35,687 bases of DNA from Candidatus Nealsonbacteria bacterium (GTDB taxonomy: Bacteria > Patescibacteriota > Minisyncoccia > Minisyncoccales > PWPS01), in assembly GCA_003561025.1 (NCBI GenBank), contig PWII01000074.1, positions 1 through 35,687 on the forward strand, given 5' to 3'. The notes under the pieces were generated by a model that searched no databases, was not told the origin of the DNA, and saw nothing but the letters and a program-made list of their open reading frames with translations. The position numbers and the translations under genes are program-made. Position 1 is the stretch's first letter. Every line of letters starts with the position of its first letter. Positions 16,971 to 25,352 of this stretch are shown piece after piece.

Positions 16971-18002
16971 ATGAATGAAGAAAACAAAAAAGGAGAAAAT
17001 GATTTTCCATCTGAACTTCGGTATGACATCTCTTCTGGGGATTGGGTTGTTGTTGCATCGGGAAGAGCCAAAAGGCCGGAGATGTTTAAAGAAGAGAGAG
17101 TAAAGGAGAAAGAGTCTGAAGAAAATTGTCCTTTTTGCGATTTTGAAAATATAAGCAATGCGAAAGTCTCTTTTGAGGATGGAAAACAAGTCGAAAAGCT
17201 TACTGAAAATTGGAGTGCAATAGCGATTCCAAACAAGTATCCTGCATTTCTTCCGGCAGAGAAGCTAGAGAGAAGATATGAAAACAGTCTTTATCAGACT
17301 ATAAATGCAGTCGGTTATCACGAAGTTATTATTACAAGAGATCACTATAAATCGCTTGGAGAGCTTGAGAAAGAAAAGGTGCGTGAGGTTTTTGCCCTTT
17401 ATAGACAGAGATATCTGGAATTAAAAGAAAAAAAACATGTTAACTATATATCTATATTTCATAATCATGGAAAAGAGGCGGGAGCTTCAATTGCACACCC
17501 TCATTCACAGATTTTAACAACTCCACTTATTGATATCGATTTAAACAAGGCACTTGCCAAAGGAAGAAATTATTTTGAAGATAAGAAGAATTGCATCTAT
17601 TGCCAGATGAATGACTGGGAGGTGCAAAAAAAAGTGAGAATTGTTTATGAAAATGAACTCTTTTTGGTAATTTGTCCCTTTGCATCTAAAGCGGCATTCC
17701 AGACGATAATTTCACCAAAAAGACACTTGGCATATTTTGAGGAGATAGGAGAACATGAACTTGATATGTTGGCAGACGCTTTTTCGGTTGCGCTTTCAAA
17801 GCTCTACAAAGGATTAAATGATCCTGCCTATAATTTTTACCTTCATTGTGCTCCATCTGACGGTATGGATCACAGTTACTATCATTGGCATTGGACGATA
17901 TTGCCCAAAACCTCTGTCTGGGCTGGGTTTGAACTTGGTGCAAGAATGGAAATATCTACAATTAAGCCGGAAAAAGCGGCGGAATATCTGCGAGAACAGT
18001 AA
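16971..18002 (+). CDS. galT: Galactose-1-phosphate uridylyltransferase-like HIT-family nucleotidyltransferase (GalT / ADP-glucose phosphorylase family)
   Basis: 343-aa ORF with CPFC zinc motif near the N-terminus, catalytic HPHSQ (HxHxQ) motif and NKYPA. Substrate specificity cannot be read from the sequence alone. Confidence 0.8.
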   Translation: MNEENKKGENDFPSELRYDISSGDWVVVASGRAKRPEMFKEERVKEKESEENCPFCDFENISNAKVSFEDGKQVEKLTENWSAIAIPNKYPAFLPAEKLERRYENSLYQTINAVGYHEVIITRDHYKSLGELEKEKVREVFALYRQRYLELKEKKHVNYISIFHNHGKEAGASIAHPHSQILTTPLIDIDLNKALAKGRNYFEDKKNCIYCQMNDWEVQKKVRIVYENELFLVICPFASKAAFQTIISPKRHLAYFEEIGEHELDMLADAFSVALSKLYKGLNDPAYNFYLHCAPSDGMDHSYYHWHWTILPKTSVWAGFELGARMEISTIKPEKAAEYLREQ

Positions 18003-18094
18003 GATCCACTTAAATAGATTGGCGAAGTTAAGCTTAAATGTCTTAATTTCTATATTTTTTTTATCTACTCTTTCTTTTATCTAAAAAAATATTT

Positions 18095-18805
18095 ATGAAG
18101 AAGATATCTGTTATTGCTAACTGGAAGATGAATCCTCCTACAAAAAAGGAGGCAGAAAATCTTTTTTCAGAAGCGAAAAAGGCAAAAAATAAGAATTGCG
18201 AATTAATAATCTGTCCACCCTTTCCCTTTCTTTATTTAGGAAAAGGTCTCTCTCTTGGAGCACAGGATTGTGCTTTTCAAAAGAGCGGTAGCCTAACAGG
18301 CGAAGTATCTCCTCATATGCTTAAGCAGCTTTCGTGCAACTATGTTATTTTGGGACATTCAGAGAGAAGGAGAACATTTGGAGAAAGCTTTGATATGATA
18401 AACAAGAAGGCTAAGGCCGCTATCTCTTCTGGGATTACCCCTATTTTGTGCGTTTCCGAAGAGACGAAAGATGAGCTTATAGCAATTGATGAGATAAGGG
18501 AACAGATTCAGGCGATAACAAAAAAGATATCTTTTTCAAAAATTATTATCGCCTATGAGCCTCTTTTTGCAATTGGAACAGGAAATCCTTGCCCGACTTA
18601 CTTAGCTGCAAAGAGAAGAGTTCTTATAAAGAGCATAATATCAAAAATTAACCAAAGGGCAAAAGATACTCCCGTATTATATGGCGGTAGCGTGGATGAA
18701 AAAAATTGTAAAGAATATATAGAGGAGGCAAATTTTCAAGGGCTTCTTGTCGGTTCATCCTCCTTGGACCCGAAAAAATTTAAAAAGATAGTGGAGTCGA
18801 TATAA
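18095..18805 (+). CDS. tpiA: Triosephosphate isomerase
   Basis: 236-aa ORF with ANWKMN, GHSERR, AYEPLFAIGTG and YGGSV motifs. Confidence 0.94.
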   Translation: MKKISVIANWKMNPPTKKEAENLFSEAKKAKNKNCELIICPPFPFLYLGKGLSLGAQDCAFQKSGSLTGEVSPHMLKQLSCNYVILGHSERRRTFGESFDMINKKAKAAISSGITPILCVSEETKDELIAIDEIREQIQAITKKISFSKIIIAYEPLFAIGTGNPCPTYLAAKRRVLIKSIISKINQRAKDTPVLYGGSVDEKNCKEYIEEANFQGLLVGSSSLDPKKFKKIVESI

Positions 18806-18809
18806 CTTT

Positions 18810-20678
18810 ATGAAATCAAAAGAGATAAGAAAAAGATTTTTGGATTTTTACAGAAAAAGAGGGCATGCAATCATTCCTTCTTCTTCGCTTTTGCCAGAAA
18901 AGGACTCAACTCTTCTTTTTGTAAATTCGGGAATGTTTCCGCTAGTTCCTTATCTTTTGGGAGAAAAACATCCCGAAGGAAAGAGAATTGCCAATTCTCA
19001 GAAATGTTTTCGTAGCGACGATATAGAGGATGTTGGCAATATGAGACACACTACCTTTTTTGAGATGCTTGGGAACTGGTCTTTGGGAGACTATTTTAAA
19101 GAAGAACAATTAGAGTTTGTCTTTCATTTTTTTACAAAAGAGTTATCTATTGACCCCAAAAGACTATATGTTTCCGTCTATAGAGGAAATGAAGAGATAG
19201 GAATAGAGAGAGACAAAGAGGCTGTAGAAAAGTGGAAGGAGATTTTTAGAAATGAGAATATAGAGGCAAAAGATATCGATTTTGCCGAAGAAAAAGGGAT
19301 GCAGGGCGGGAGGATCTTTTATTATCCCGATGAAGAAAACTGGTGGTCGCGCGCAGGTCTTCCAAAAGAGATGCCCTTAAATGAACCGGGTGGACCCGAT
19401 AGTGAGATTTTTTATGATCTAGGAGAAGAACTCGGTCATCACGATAAAGAGGAGTTTAAGGATAAGGTTTGTCATATTAATTGTGATTGTGGCCGTTTTA
19501 TTGAGATAGGAAATAGCGTCTTTATGGAGTTTATAAAAAAAGAGAGTGGTTTTGAAAAATTGCCGCAAAAAAATGTTGATTTTGGTGGAGGACTGGAGAG
19601 AATAACGATGATTTGCCAAGAGAAGACGAGTATTTTTGAAACAGACCTCTTTTTACCGATTATCAAAAGAATAGAGAGATTATCAGGTCTTTCTTACAGG
19701 GATAAAAGAAAGTCTTTTGAGGTGATTGCAGATCATTTAAAGGCGGCAACGCATATTATAGGTGATGAAAGGGGGATTGGGCCATCTAATAAGGAGCAGG
19801 GATATTTTGTAAGGAGACTTATAAGGAGAGCAGTAAGACACGGAAATATTTTGGGAATTGACGCCAATTCGTGGCTTAAAGATGTTGCAAAAGAAGTTGT
19901 CGATATATATAAGGAGACTTATCCGGAAATAGAAAAAAACTCCAAAAGAGTGTATAATGAAATAGAAGAAGAAGAGAAAGTTTTTTACAAAACGCTCAAG
20001 AAAGGAATTAAGGAGTTTAAAAAATTTAGAGACAAAAGCAAGATTGATGGAAAGACAGCAGCTTCTCTTTATCAGACGTATGGATTCCCGATAGAGCTAA
20101 TAGAAGAGCTTGCTAATGAAAACGGTCAAGAAGTGGACGTTGAAGGTTTTTTTGAGGAGATGAAGAGACATCAAGAGCTTTCACGCAAACTTTCGGCAGG
20201 AGTTTTTAAAAGTGGCCTTTCCGATGGAGGAAGAGAGACGACCAAATTGCACACTGCCACACATCTCTTGCATTATGCCCTAAAAAGTGTTTTGGGAGAT
20301 AACGTTTATCAAAAAGGAAGCAATATTACATCAGAAAGACTTCGCTTTGACTTTTCTTATGACAAAAAAATGACAAAAGAAGAGATTGAAAGTGCGGAGA
20401 GAATAGTAAATAAGATGATTGAAAAAGATCTTCTTATTAAAAAAGAAGAGCTCTCCCTTTCTGACGCAAAAAGAAGCGGGGCACTGCACCTACCGGAAGA
20501 AAATTACCCGGAAAATGTTCTTGTCTATTCTTTTTCTGATTCTGATGGAAATATATTATCAAGAGAGATTTGTAGTGGACCTCATGTAGAGAGAACGAGT
20601 GAGCTTGGCAGGCTTGTGATTACTAAAGAAGAGTCTTCCGCGAAAGGGGTCAGAAGAATAAGAGCTATACTAAAATAA
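18810..20678 (+). CDS. alaS: Alanine--tRNA ligase, minimal 622-aa form. It has the catalytic, tRNA-recognition and editing cores but lacks the beta-barrel linker and the C-terminal coiled-coil/C-Ala domain.
   Basis: N-terminus R..FL.FY...GH..I.SSSL.P..D.TLLF.NSGM; FEMLGNWS.GDYFK; GGGLERI. Editing-site motifs HTATHLLH and CSGPHV are present. The protein ends right after ...GVRRIRAILK. Confidence 0.92.
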   Translation: MKSKEIRKRFLDFYRKRGHAIIPSSSLLPEKDSTLLFVNSGMFPLVPYLLGEKHPEGKRIANSQKCFRSDDIEDVGNMRHTTFFEMLGNWSLGDYFKEEQLEFVFHFFTKELSIDPKRLYVSVYRGNEEIGIERDKEAVEKWKEIFRNENIEAKDIDFAEEKGMQGGRIFYYPDEENWWSRAGLPKEMPLNEPGGPDSEIFYDLGEELGHHDKEEFKDKVCHINCDCGRFIEIGNSVFMEFIKKESGFEKLPQKNVDFGGGLERITMICQEKTSIFETDLFLPIIKRIERLSGLSYRDKRKSFEVIADHLKAATHIIGDERGIGPSNKEQGYFVRRLIRRAVRHGNILGIDANSWLKDVAKEVVDIYKETYPEIEKNSKRVYNEIEEEEKVFYKTLKKGIKEFKKFRDKSKIDGKTAASLYQTYGFPIELIEELANENGQEVDVEGFFEEMKRHQELSRKLSAGVFKSGLSDGGRETTKLHTATHLLHYALKSVLGDNVYQKGSNITSERLRFDFSYDKKMTKEEIESAERIVNKMIEKDLLIKKEELSLSDAKRSGALHLPEENYPENVLVYSFSDSDGNILSREICSGPHVERTSELGRLVITKEESSAKGVRRIRAILK

Positions 20679-20719
20679 TCAGGGCTTGTTATTTTTCTAA
20701 AATAATATAAATTAGAACT

Positions 20720-21925
20720 ATGGAAACAAGAGTAGTCGATATATATCCACCAGAAGAAGAGAGGAAGAGTGAAGAAGCGCTTTTTGGTGGTAAGCAAAAG
20801 AAAAAGAAAAAACAGAGCAAGGCTATATTGTATCTTTTTCTTCTTTTCTTCCTTTTAGGAGGATATTTCTATTATTTAAATTATGAGACAAGAGTTATCA
20901 TCTATCCGGAAGTAGAAAGATTTGAAGAAGAAAGAAGTGTCTTAATTAAGGCGCTTGGTCCTCTTGATGAAGAAGAGATAAGAGGAGTTGTTTTGAGCAA
21001 AACAATCTCCAGATCTGAGGAATTCCCGATAAAAGAAAGAAAATTACTTGAAGAAAAGACGAGAGGAGAGATTAAGGTTTGTCAAGATTTTTCGGAAGCT
21101 GCACGCTCTTATGTGGAAAATACACGCTTTATATCCGATGAGGGAAAACTATTTTATGCGACAGAAGCCTTCACTCTCCCGGGAAGAACAGAAAATGAAG
21201 GATGTTCTTTTGTTAGTGTTGTTGCAGCACAGACAGGAGAGGAATATAATATCCCTTCTGATTCAAAATTTGCACTTCCGGGACTTGAAGGAACGGAGGT
21301 TTATGGGAGAGTAAAAGGAGAGGAATTTTTGCTTAAAAAAGAGGGGTACTCGAAGGAAGTTCCTTACTTAGGAGAAGGAGATATGCAAGAGGCAGAGGCG
21401 AAGATGACAGAAGATCTGCTAGACGAAGGAATAAAAGAGATAAAAGACGAGTATGGAGATGAGTATATATTGGAGAGCAGTTCACAATATATAATTGAGA
21501 TAGAGGAGAGAAACTTTAATGAAAAAGAAGATGACGAGGACCATTTTATTTTTGAAATAGAGACACGCGTTAAAGCGATAGCGATAAGCAGAGAAGATAT
21601 GAATAGATTTATTATGAAAATTATTCCGGAAGATAGCACTTGGCGAGAGGAGACCAAAGATATTTCTTACGATTTCTCCCGAATTGACTTTGAAGATCAG
21701 GAGGCGAGAGCCATTATTAATTTTTCTCTTGACCTCTATGAAAAGATAGAGATAGATTCCTTAAAGAGAGATATCGTTGGCTTGGATTTTAGCGACGCCA
21801 AGGAGGAGATTGAGAAAGATAGAGCGATAAGAGATATTATATTAAAAACATCTCCGTTTGGACTTAGCAGTATAGCAACTGATATGAGCCGAATTAACGT
21901 TAACTTGATGTTTGACAAAAATTAA
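20720..21925 (+). CDS. Hypothetical N-terminally membrane-anchored protein, 401 aa, acidic. Possibly carries a baseplate-J (gp47/GpJ)-like domain; this comes from my recollection of similar CPR annotations and is not verified.
   Basis: Poly-Lys stretch then a TM helix (AILYLFLLFFLLGGYFYYL). Segment GEIKV.Q......YVENTRFISDEGKLFYATEAFTLPG......SFVSVVAAQTGEEYNIPSDSKFALPGL resembles the baseplate-J pattern. I recognise no enzymatic motif. Confidence 0.7.
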   Translation: METRVVDIYPPEEERKSEEALFGGKQKKKKKQSKAILYLFLLFFLLGGYFYYLNYETRVIIYPEVERFEEERSVLIKALGPLDEEEIRGVVLSKTISRSEEFPIKERKLLEEKTRGEIKVCQDFSEAARSYVENTRFISDEGKLFYATEAFTLPGRTENEGCSFVSVVAAQTGEEYNIPSDSKFALPGLEGTEVYGRVKGEEFLLKKEGYSKEVPYLGEGDMQEAEAKMTEDLLDEGIKEIKDEYGDEYILESSSQYIIEIEERNFNEKEDDEDHFIFEIETRVKAIAISREDMNRFIMKIIPEDSTWREETKDISYDFSRIDFEDQEARAIINFSLDLYEKIEIDSLKRDIVGLDFSDAKEEIEKDRAIRDIILKTSPFGLSSIATDMSRINVNLMFDKN

Positions 21926-21952
21926 AAAAATTGTTATCCTTGAACACTGTAA

Positions 21953-22165
21953 ATGAATTCTAACAGCAATAAACAAAAAGGTTTTGTCGTTGAGGCCCTA
22001 CCAAACACACATTTTCGTGTAAAATTGGAAAACGGTGAAGAGATTAACGCTCATTTGGCGGGAAAGTTGAGAATGCACAGAATAAAGGTATTATTGGGCG
22101 ACAAGGTGACAGTTGAGATTAATGACTATGATAAGACCAAGGGGAGAATTGTTTATCGTGGATAG
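21953..22165 (+). CDS. infA: Translation initiation factor IF-1
   Basis: 70-aa ORF with G.V.EALPN..FRV.LENG.E..AH..GK.R...I....GD.V.VE...YD..KGRI.YR. Confidence 0.96.
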   Translation: MNSNSNKQKGFVVEALPNTHFRVKLENGEEINAHLAGKLRMHRIKVLLGDKVTVEINDYDKTKGRIVYRG

Positions 22166-22229
22166 AGCATAATTATCAAGTACTTAAATATAAAGAAAAA
22201 CAGTTTGCTTGAAAGCATTTGGAGAATCT

Positions 22230-22343
22230 ATGAAGGTACAATCTTCAGTAAAAAAAATTTGTAGAGATTGCAAGGTTATTCGGCGCAAAGGCCGAGTTTA
22301 TATCATTTGTAAGAACAAAAAACATAAGCAGAAGCAGGGATAG
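22230..22343 (+). CDS. rpmJ: 50S ribosomal protein L36 (bL36)
   Basis: My own translation, since it is below the ORF-track cutoff: [37 protein letters not shown]. It has the canonical infA-rpmJ-rpsM position and a GGAG 5 nt upstream of the ATG. Confidence 0.93.
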   Translation: MKVQSSVKKICRDCKVIRRKGRVYIICKNKKHKQKQG

Positions 22344-22376
22344 TTTTATCTGTCTTTAAATTTTAAAGTAAAAAAA

Positions 22377-22766
22377 ATGGCAAGAATTGCGGGAACAACT
22401 ATACCAAAAGAAAAGAGAGTGGTAATTGCGCTTACCTATATTTATGGTGTGGGACCTTCTCTTAGTAAGCGAGCGGTAAAAGAGGCAAAGATAGATGAAT
22501 CAAAGAGAGTTTCCGAGCTTACGGAAGACGAGGAGAAAAAATTAAGAGAAATTATTGAAAAAAAATATAGAACAGAGGGAGAGCTTAGGAGAGAAAGAAG
22601 AGATTCTGTTGAAAGATTAAAGCGAATAGATTGTTATAGAGGAGTTCGTCATAAGAGAGGACTTCCTGTTCGTGGGCAAAATACAAGAACAAATAACAGA
22701 ACAGTAAGAGGAAATATAAGGAAGGTAGCCGGTTCGGGGAAGAAAGCCCCTCCGTCACCGAAATAA
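22377..22766 (+). CDS. rpsM: 30S ribosomal protein S13 (uS13)
   Basis: 129-aa ORF with [19 protein letters not shown] and YRG.RH..GLPVRGQ.T.TN.RT motifs. Confidence 0.96.
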   Translation: MARIAGTTIPKEKRVVIALTYIYGVGPSLSKRAVKEAKIDESKRVSELTEDEEKKLREIIEKKYRTEGELRRERRDSVERLKRIDCYRGVRHKRGLPVRGQNTRTNNRTVRGNIRKVAGSGKKAPPSPK

Positions 22767-22871
22767 TAGAAGAGCTAAGACTAAGCCTTAGCGACTACTC
22801 TTTTAAACCTACATTCATCAAGATAGCTTAAGAAGAGATAGTCACTGAGAGTTTAGAATTTTTTATTTAAT

Positions 22872-23321
22872 ATGGTAAAAAAAAGAGTTATAGAAAAAAC
22901 AGAAGAAGAGATACTGGAAGAAGAAGGTAGTTTGGATAAAAAAAAGAAGAGCAAAAAGAGAGAGAAAAGAAAAAATGTTCAGCATGCTCGTATGTATATC
23001 TCCGCTTCTTATAATAACACGACAATGACTCTTACCGATAAGGAGGGTAAGGTTTTGTCTTGGACAACAGCGGGTAATTTGGGATTTAAGGGAACAAAAA
23101 AAGCTACCCCCTATGCGGCATCGGAAGTTGCAAACACGCTTTCTGAAAGAGCACAAAAAATAGGAGTAAAAGAGGTTGATATCTTCGTAAAAGGTGTTGG
23201 TACCGGAAGATCTTCTGCGCTTCGTGCTTTAGCCGGGAAAGAAATTATTATAAACTCAATTAAGGACATTACTCCCATTCCACATAATGGGTGTCGACCT
23301 AAAAAACCAAGAAGAGTATAA
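22872..23321 (+). CDS. rpsK: 30S ribosomal protein S11 (uS11) with a Lys/Glu-rich N-terminal extension
   Basis: 149-aa ORF whose core matches S11 (A.I.AS.NNT..TLTD..G.....T.G..GFKG.KK.TP.AA; ITPIPHNGCRP.K.RRV). Starts at the first ATG. An alternative TTG start at 22932 would give a typical ~129-aa S11. Confidence 0.92.
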   Translation: MVKKRVIEKTEEEILEEEGSLDKKKKSKKREKRKNVQHARMYISASYNNTTMTLTDKEGKVLSWTTAGNLGFKGTKKATPYAASEVANTLSERAQKIGVKEVDIFVKGVGTGRSSALRALAGKEIIINSIKDITPIPHNGCRPKKPRRV

Positions 23322-23326
23322 TTATT

Positions 23327-23959
23327 ATGGCAAAAAGTATAGATTGTAAAAAATGTAGAAGAGTCGGAGCAAAGCTTTTTCTAAAGGGAGAGAAGTGTGA
23401 GTCGCAAGCTTGTCCTATGATAAAAAAGCCTTATCCACCCGGACAAAAACCGAAAAGAAGAAAGGGTCATGTTTCCCAGTATGGAAAAGAGCTTGTTGAG
23501 AAGCAGAAGCTTAGAAATTGGTACAATCTACAAGAAAAACAATTTTCTTCTTACGTTAAGAGTGTAATATCAAAACAGAAAAAGACTGAGGCGGCGGGAG
23601 ACCAATTGTTAAAAAAACTTGAGAGAAGGCTGGATAATATCGTTTATCGTGCAGGATTTGCCTTATCGAGAGCACATTCAAGACAGATGATAGTGCAAGG
23701 ATTTTTCAATATAAACGGAAAGCCGGTTGATAGGCCATCCTATCAGGTAAAGATTGGAGATATCGTATCGGTGAAAACATCTAAAAAGAAAAAGAAGCTT
23801 TTTGAAGAGTATGACGTTAAAATGAAAAACTTTAACCCTCCTATCTGGATTGCACTTGATAAAGAAAAGATGGAAGCGAAAGTGGTGGGAGAGGTCGTAG
23901 TTGAAGAGATATCACCACCAGTAGAGATATCTTCCGTTTTTGAGTTTTATTCAAGGTAA
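23327..23959 (+). CDS. rpsD: 30S ribosomal protein S4 (uS4), N-terminal Cys4 variant
   Basis: 210-aa ORF with CKKC-x12-C-x4-C, S.YG..L.EKQKLR..Y, LE.RLDN.VYR.GFA.SR..ARQ.V.HG... and an S4 RNA-binding domain. Confidence 0.95.
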   Translation: MAKSIDCKKCRRVGAKLFLKGEKCESQACPMIKKPYPPGQKPKRRKGHVSQYGKELVEKQKLRNWYNLQEKQFSSYVKSVISKQKKTEAAGDQLLKKLERRLDNIVYRAGFALSRAHSRQMIVQGFFNINGKPVDRPSYQVKIGDIVSVKTSKKKKKLFEEYDVKMKNFNPPIWIALDKEKMEAKVVGEVVVEEISPPVEISSVFEFYSR

Positions 23960-23993
23960 TTTATTAAAGTATTGTTAATAAAAATATTTAACT

Positions 23994-24995
23994 ATGATAC
24001 CACTACCATCTAAGCCTAAGGCTATTGAAAAAAGTAAAGAAGGGAATAAGGCTCTTTTCGAAATAGAGGCTCTTTATCCCGGGTATGGTGTTACTATCGG
24101 AAATAGTCTGCGCCGAGTTTTGCTCTCTTCTTTTGAAGGAGCTGCGGTAACGAAAGTCAAGATAGAAGACGTAGGACACGAATTCTCTACTATTTCTGGC
24201 GTCATGGAAGATGTAATTACGATTATTCTTAATTTGAAAAATCTTCGTTTTCGTTCTCACTCCGATGAAGCAGTAGTTGCAAAATTGAGAGCAAAGGGAG
24301 AGGGAGAGGTTAAGGGCTCCAGTATCACTGTTCCTACTCAGATTGAACTTGTTAATCCCGATTGCCATATAGCCACAATTACAGACAAGAAAACGTCACT
24401 AAATATGGAGATAGAGATAGAAAAAGGGACCGGATATTCTTCTGCAGAAGACAGAAAAGAAGAAAAATTGGAAGTCGGTCAAATTATTATCGATTCTATC
24501 TTTACACCGATAAGAGGTGCTAATTTTTATGTAGAAAATATGAGAGTGGGAAAGAGGACTGATTTTGATAAATTATTTTTGGAGATAGAAACGGATGGAA
24601 CGATAACCCCAGAGGATGCATTCTTTAATGCGGTTGATATTCTGTTAAAGCATTTTTCTCTATTTGCATCTTTTGATGAGAAAAAAGAGGCAAAAGAAAA
24701 GAGCGAAACAAAAAAGACTAAGAAAGAAAAAGAAGAAGAAAATAAAGAAAAGAAGGAAGATAAAAAAGAAGAAAAAAAGAGCAAAAAAGAGGATAGCTTG
24801 GCAGAAGAATTAGATATAGAGGATCTCGATATATCCGTTCGCACACAGAATATATTAAAAGAGGGGCGAGTAAAGACAGTGAAAGGAATACTAAAAAAGA
24901 AGGAAGAGGGCATTGCTAATATAAAAGGAATGGGAGAAAAGGGCGTTGAAGAAATTAAAAAGGCTTTAAAAAAGAAAAAAATAGAATTAAATTAG
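23994..24995 (+). CDS. rpoA: DNA-directed RNA polymerase alpha subunit with an expanded Lys/Glu-rich inter-domain linker
   Basis: 333-aa ORF. The NTD has GYG.T.GN.LRR.LLSS..G.A and the CTD has L..L..SVR..N.L. About 40 low-complexity K/E residues (approx. nt 24675-24795) separate them. Confidence 0.94.
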   Translation: MIPLPSKPKAIEKSKEGNKALFEIEALYPGYGVTIGNSLRRVLLSSFEGAAVTKVKIEDVGHEFSTISGVMEDVITIILNLKNLRFRSHSDEAVVAKLRAKGEGEVKGSSITVPTQIELVNPDCHIATITDKKTSLNMEIEIEKGTGYSSAEDRKEEKLEVGQIIIDSIFTPIRGANFYVENMRVGKRTDFDKLFLEIETDGTITPEDAFFNAVDILLKHFSLFASFDEKKEAKEKSETKKTKKEKEEENKEKKEDKKEEKKSKKEDSLAEELDIEDLDISVRTQNILKEGRVKTVKGILKKKEEGIANIKGMGEKGVEEIKKALKKKKIELN

Positions 24996-25000
24996 GAGAT

Positions 25001-25348
25001 ATGCCCAGAATTAAAAACAAGAGAAGATTTGGAAGAAAAAAAGACCAAAGACGTGCACTTTTGGTTTCTCTTTCACGTGCACTTATTATAAACGAGAAGA
25101 TAGAGACGACAGAAGGAAAGGCAAAAGAGATGAGAGCCTTTATTGAAAAGTTAATTACCAGAGCCAAAGAGGAGGATATTCACAGCCGACGTTTGCTAAC
25201 AGGGAGATTGTCAAAAGATGTTGCAGATAAATTGACCAAAGAGATAGGGCCGAGATATAAGGATAGAGCGGGAGGATACACCAGAATCATAAAGACTGGT
25301 CCAAGAAAAGAGGACGGGGCAAAAATGGCTATTATTGAATTTGTATAA
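25001..25348 (+). CDS. rplQ: 50S ribosomal protein L17 (bL17)
   Basis: 115-aa ORF with ..R.LGR....R.AL...L...L...E.I.TT..KAKE.R...EKLIT.AK and GGYTRI.K...R.GD.A.MA.IE.V motifs. Confidence 0.95.
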   Translation: MPRIKNKRRFGRKKDQRRALLVSLSRALIINEKIETTEGKAKEMRAFIEKLITRAKEEDIHSRRLLTGRLSKDVADKLTKEIGPRYKDRAGGYTRIIKTGPRKEDGAKMAIIEFV

Positions 25349-25352
25349 AAAA

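Noticed and set aside
24527-24913. 128-aa minus-strand ORF rich in S/F/L
   Set aside because: It is the mirror image of the Lys/Glu-rich RpoA linker, so the frame stays open only because AAR/GAR codons lack reverse-complement stops.
25335-25352. TTG start for rplM that overlaps the rplQ end
   Set aside because: ATG 25353 gives the canonical L13 N-terminus without overlap. Every other gene in the window starts with ATG.
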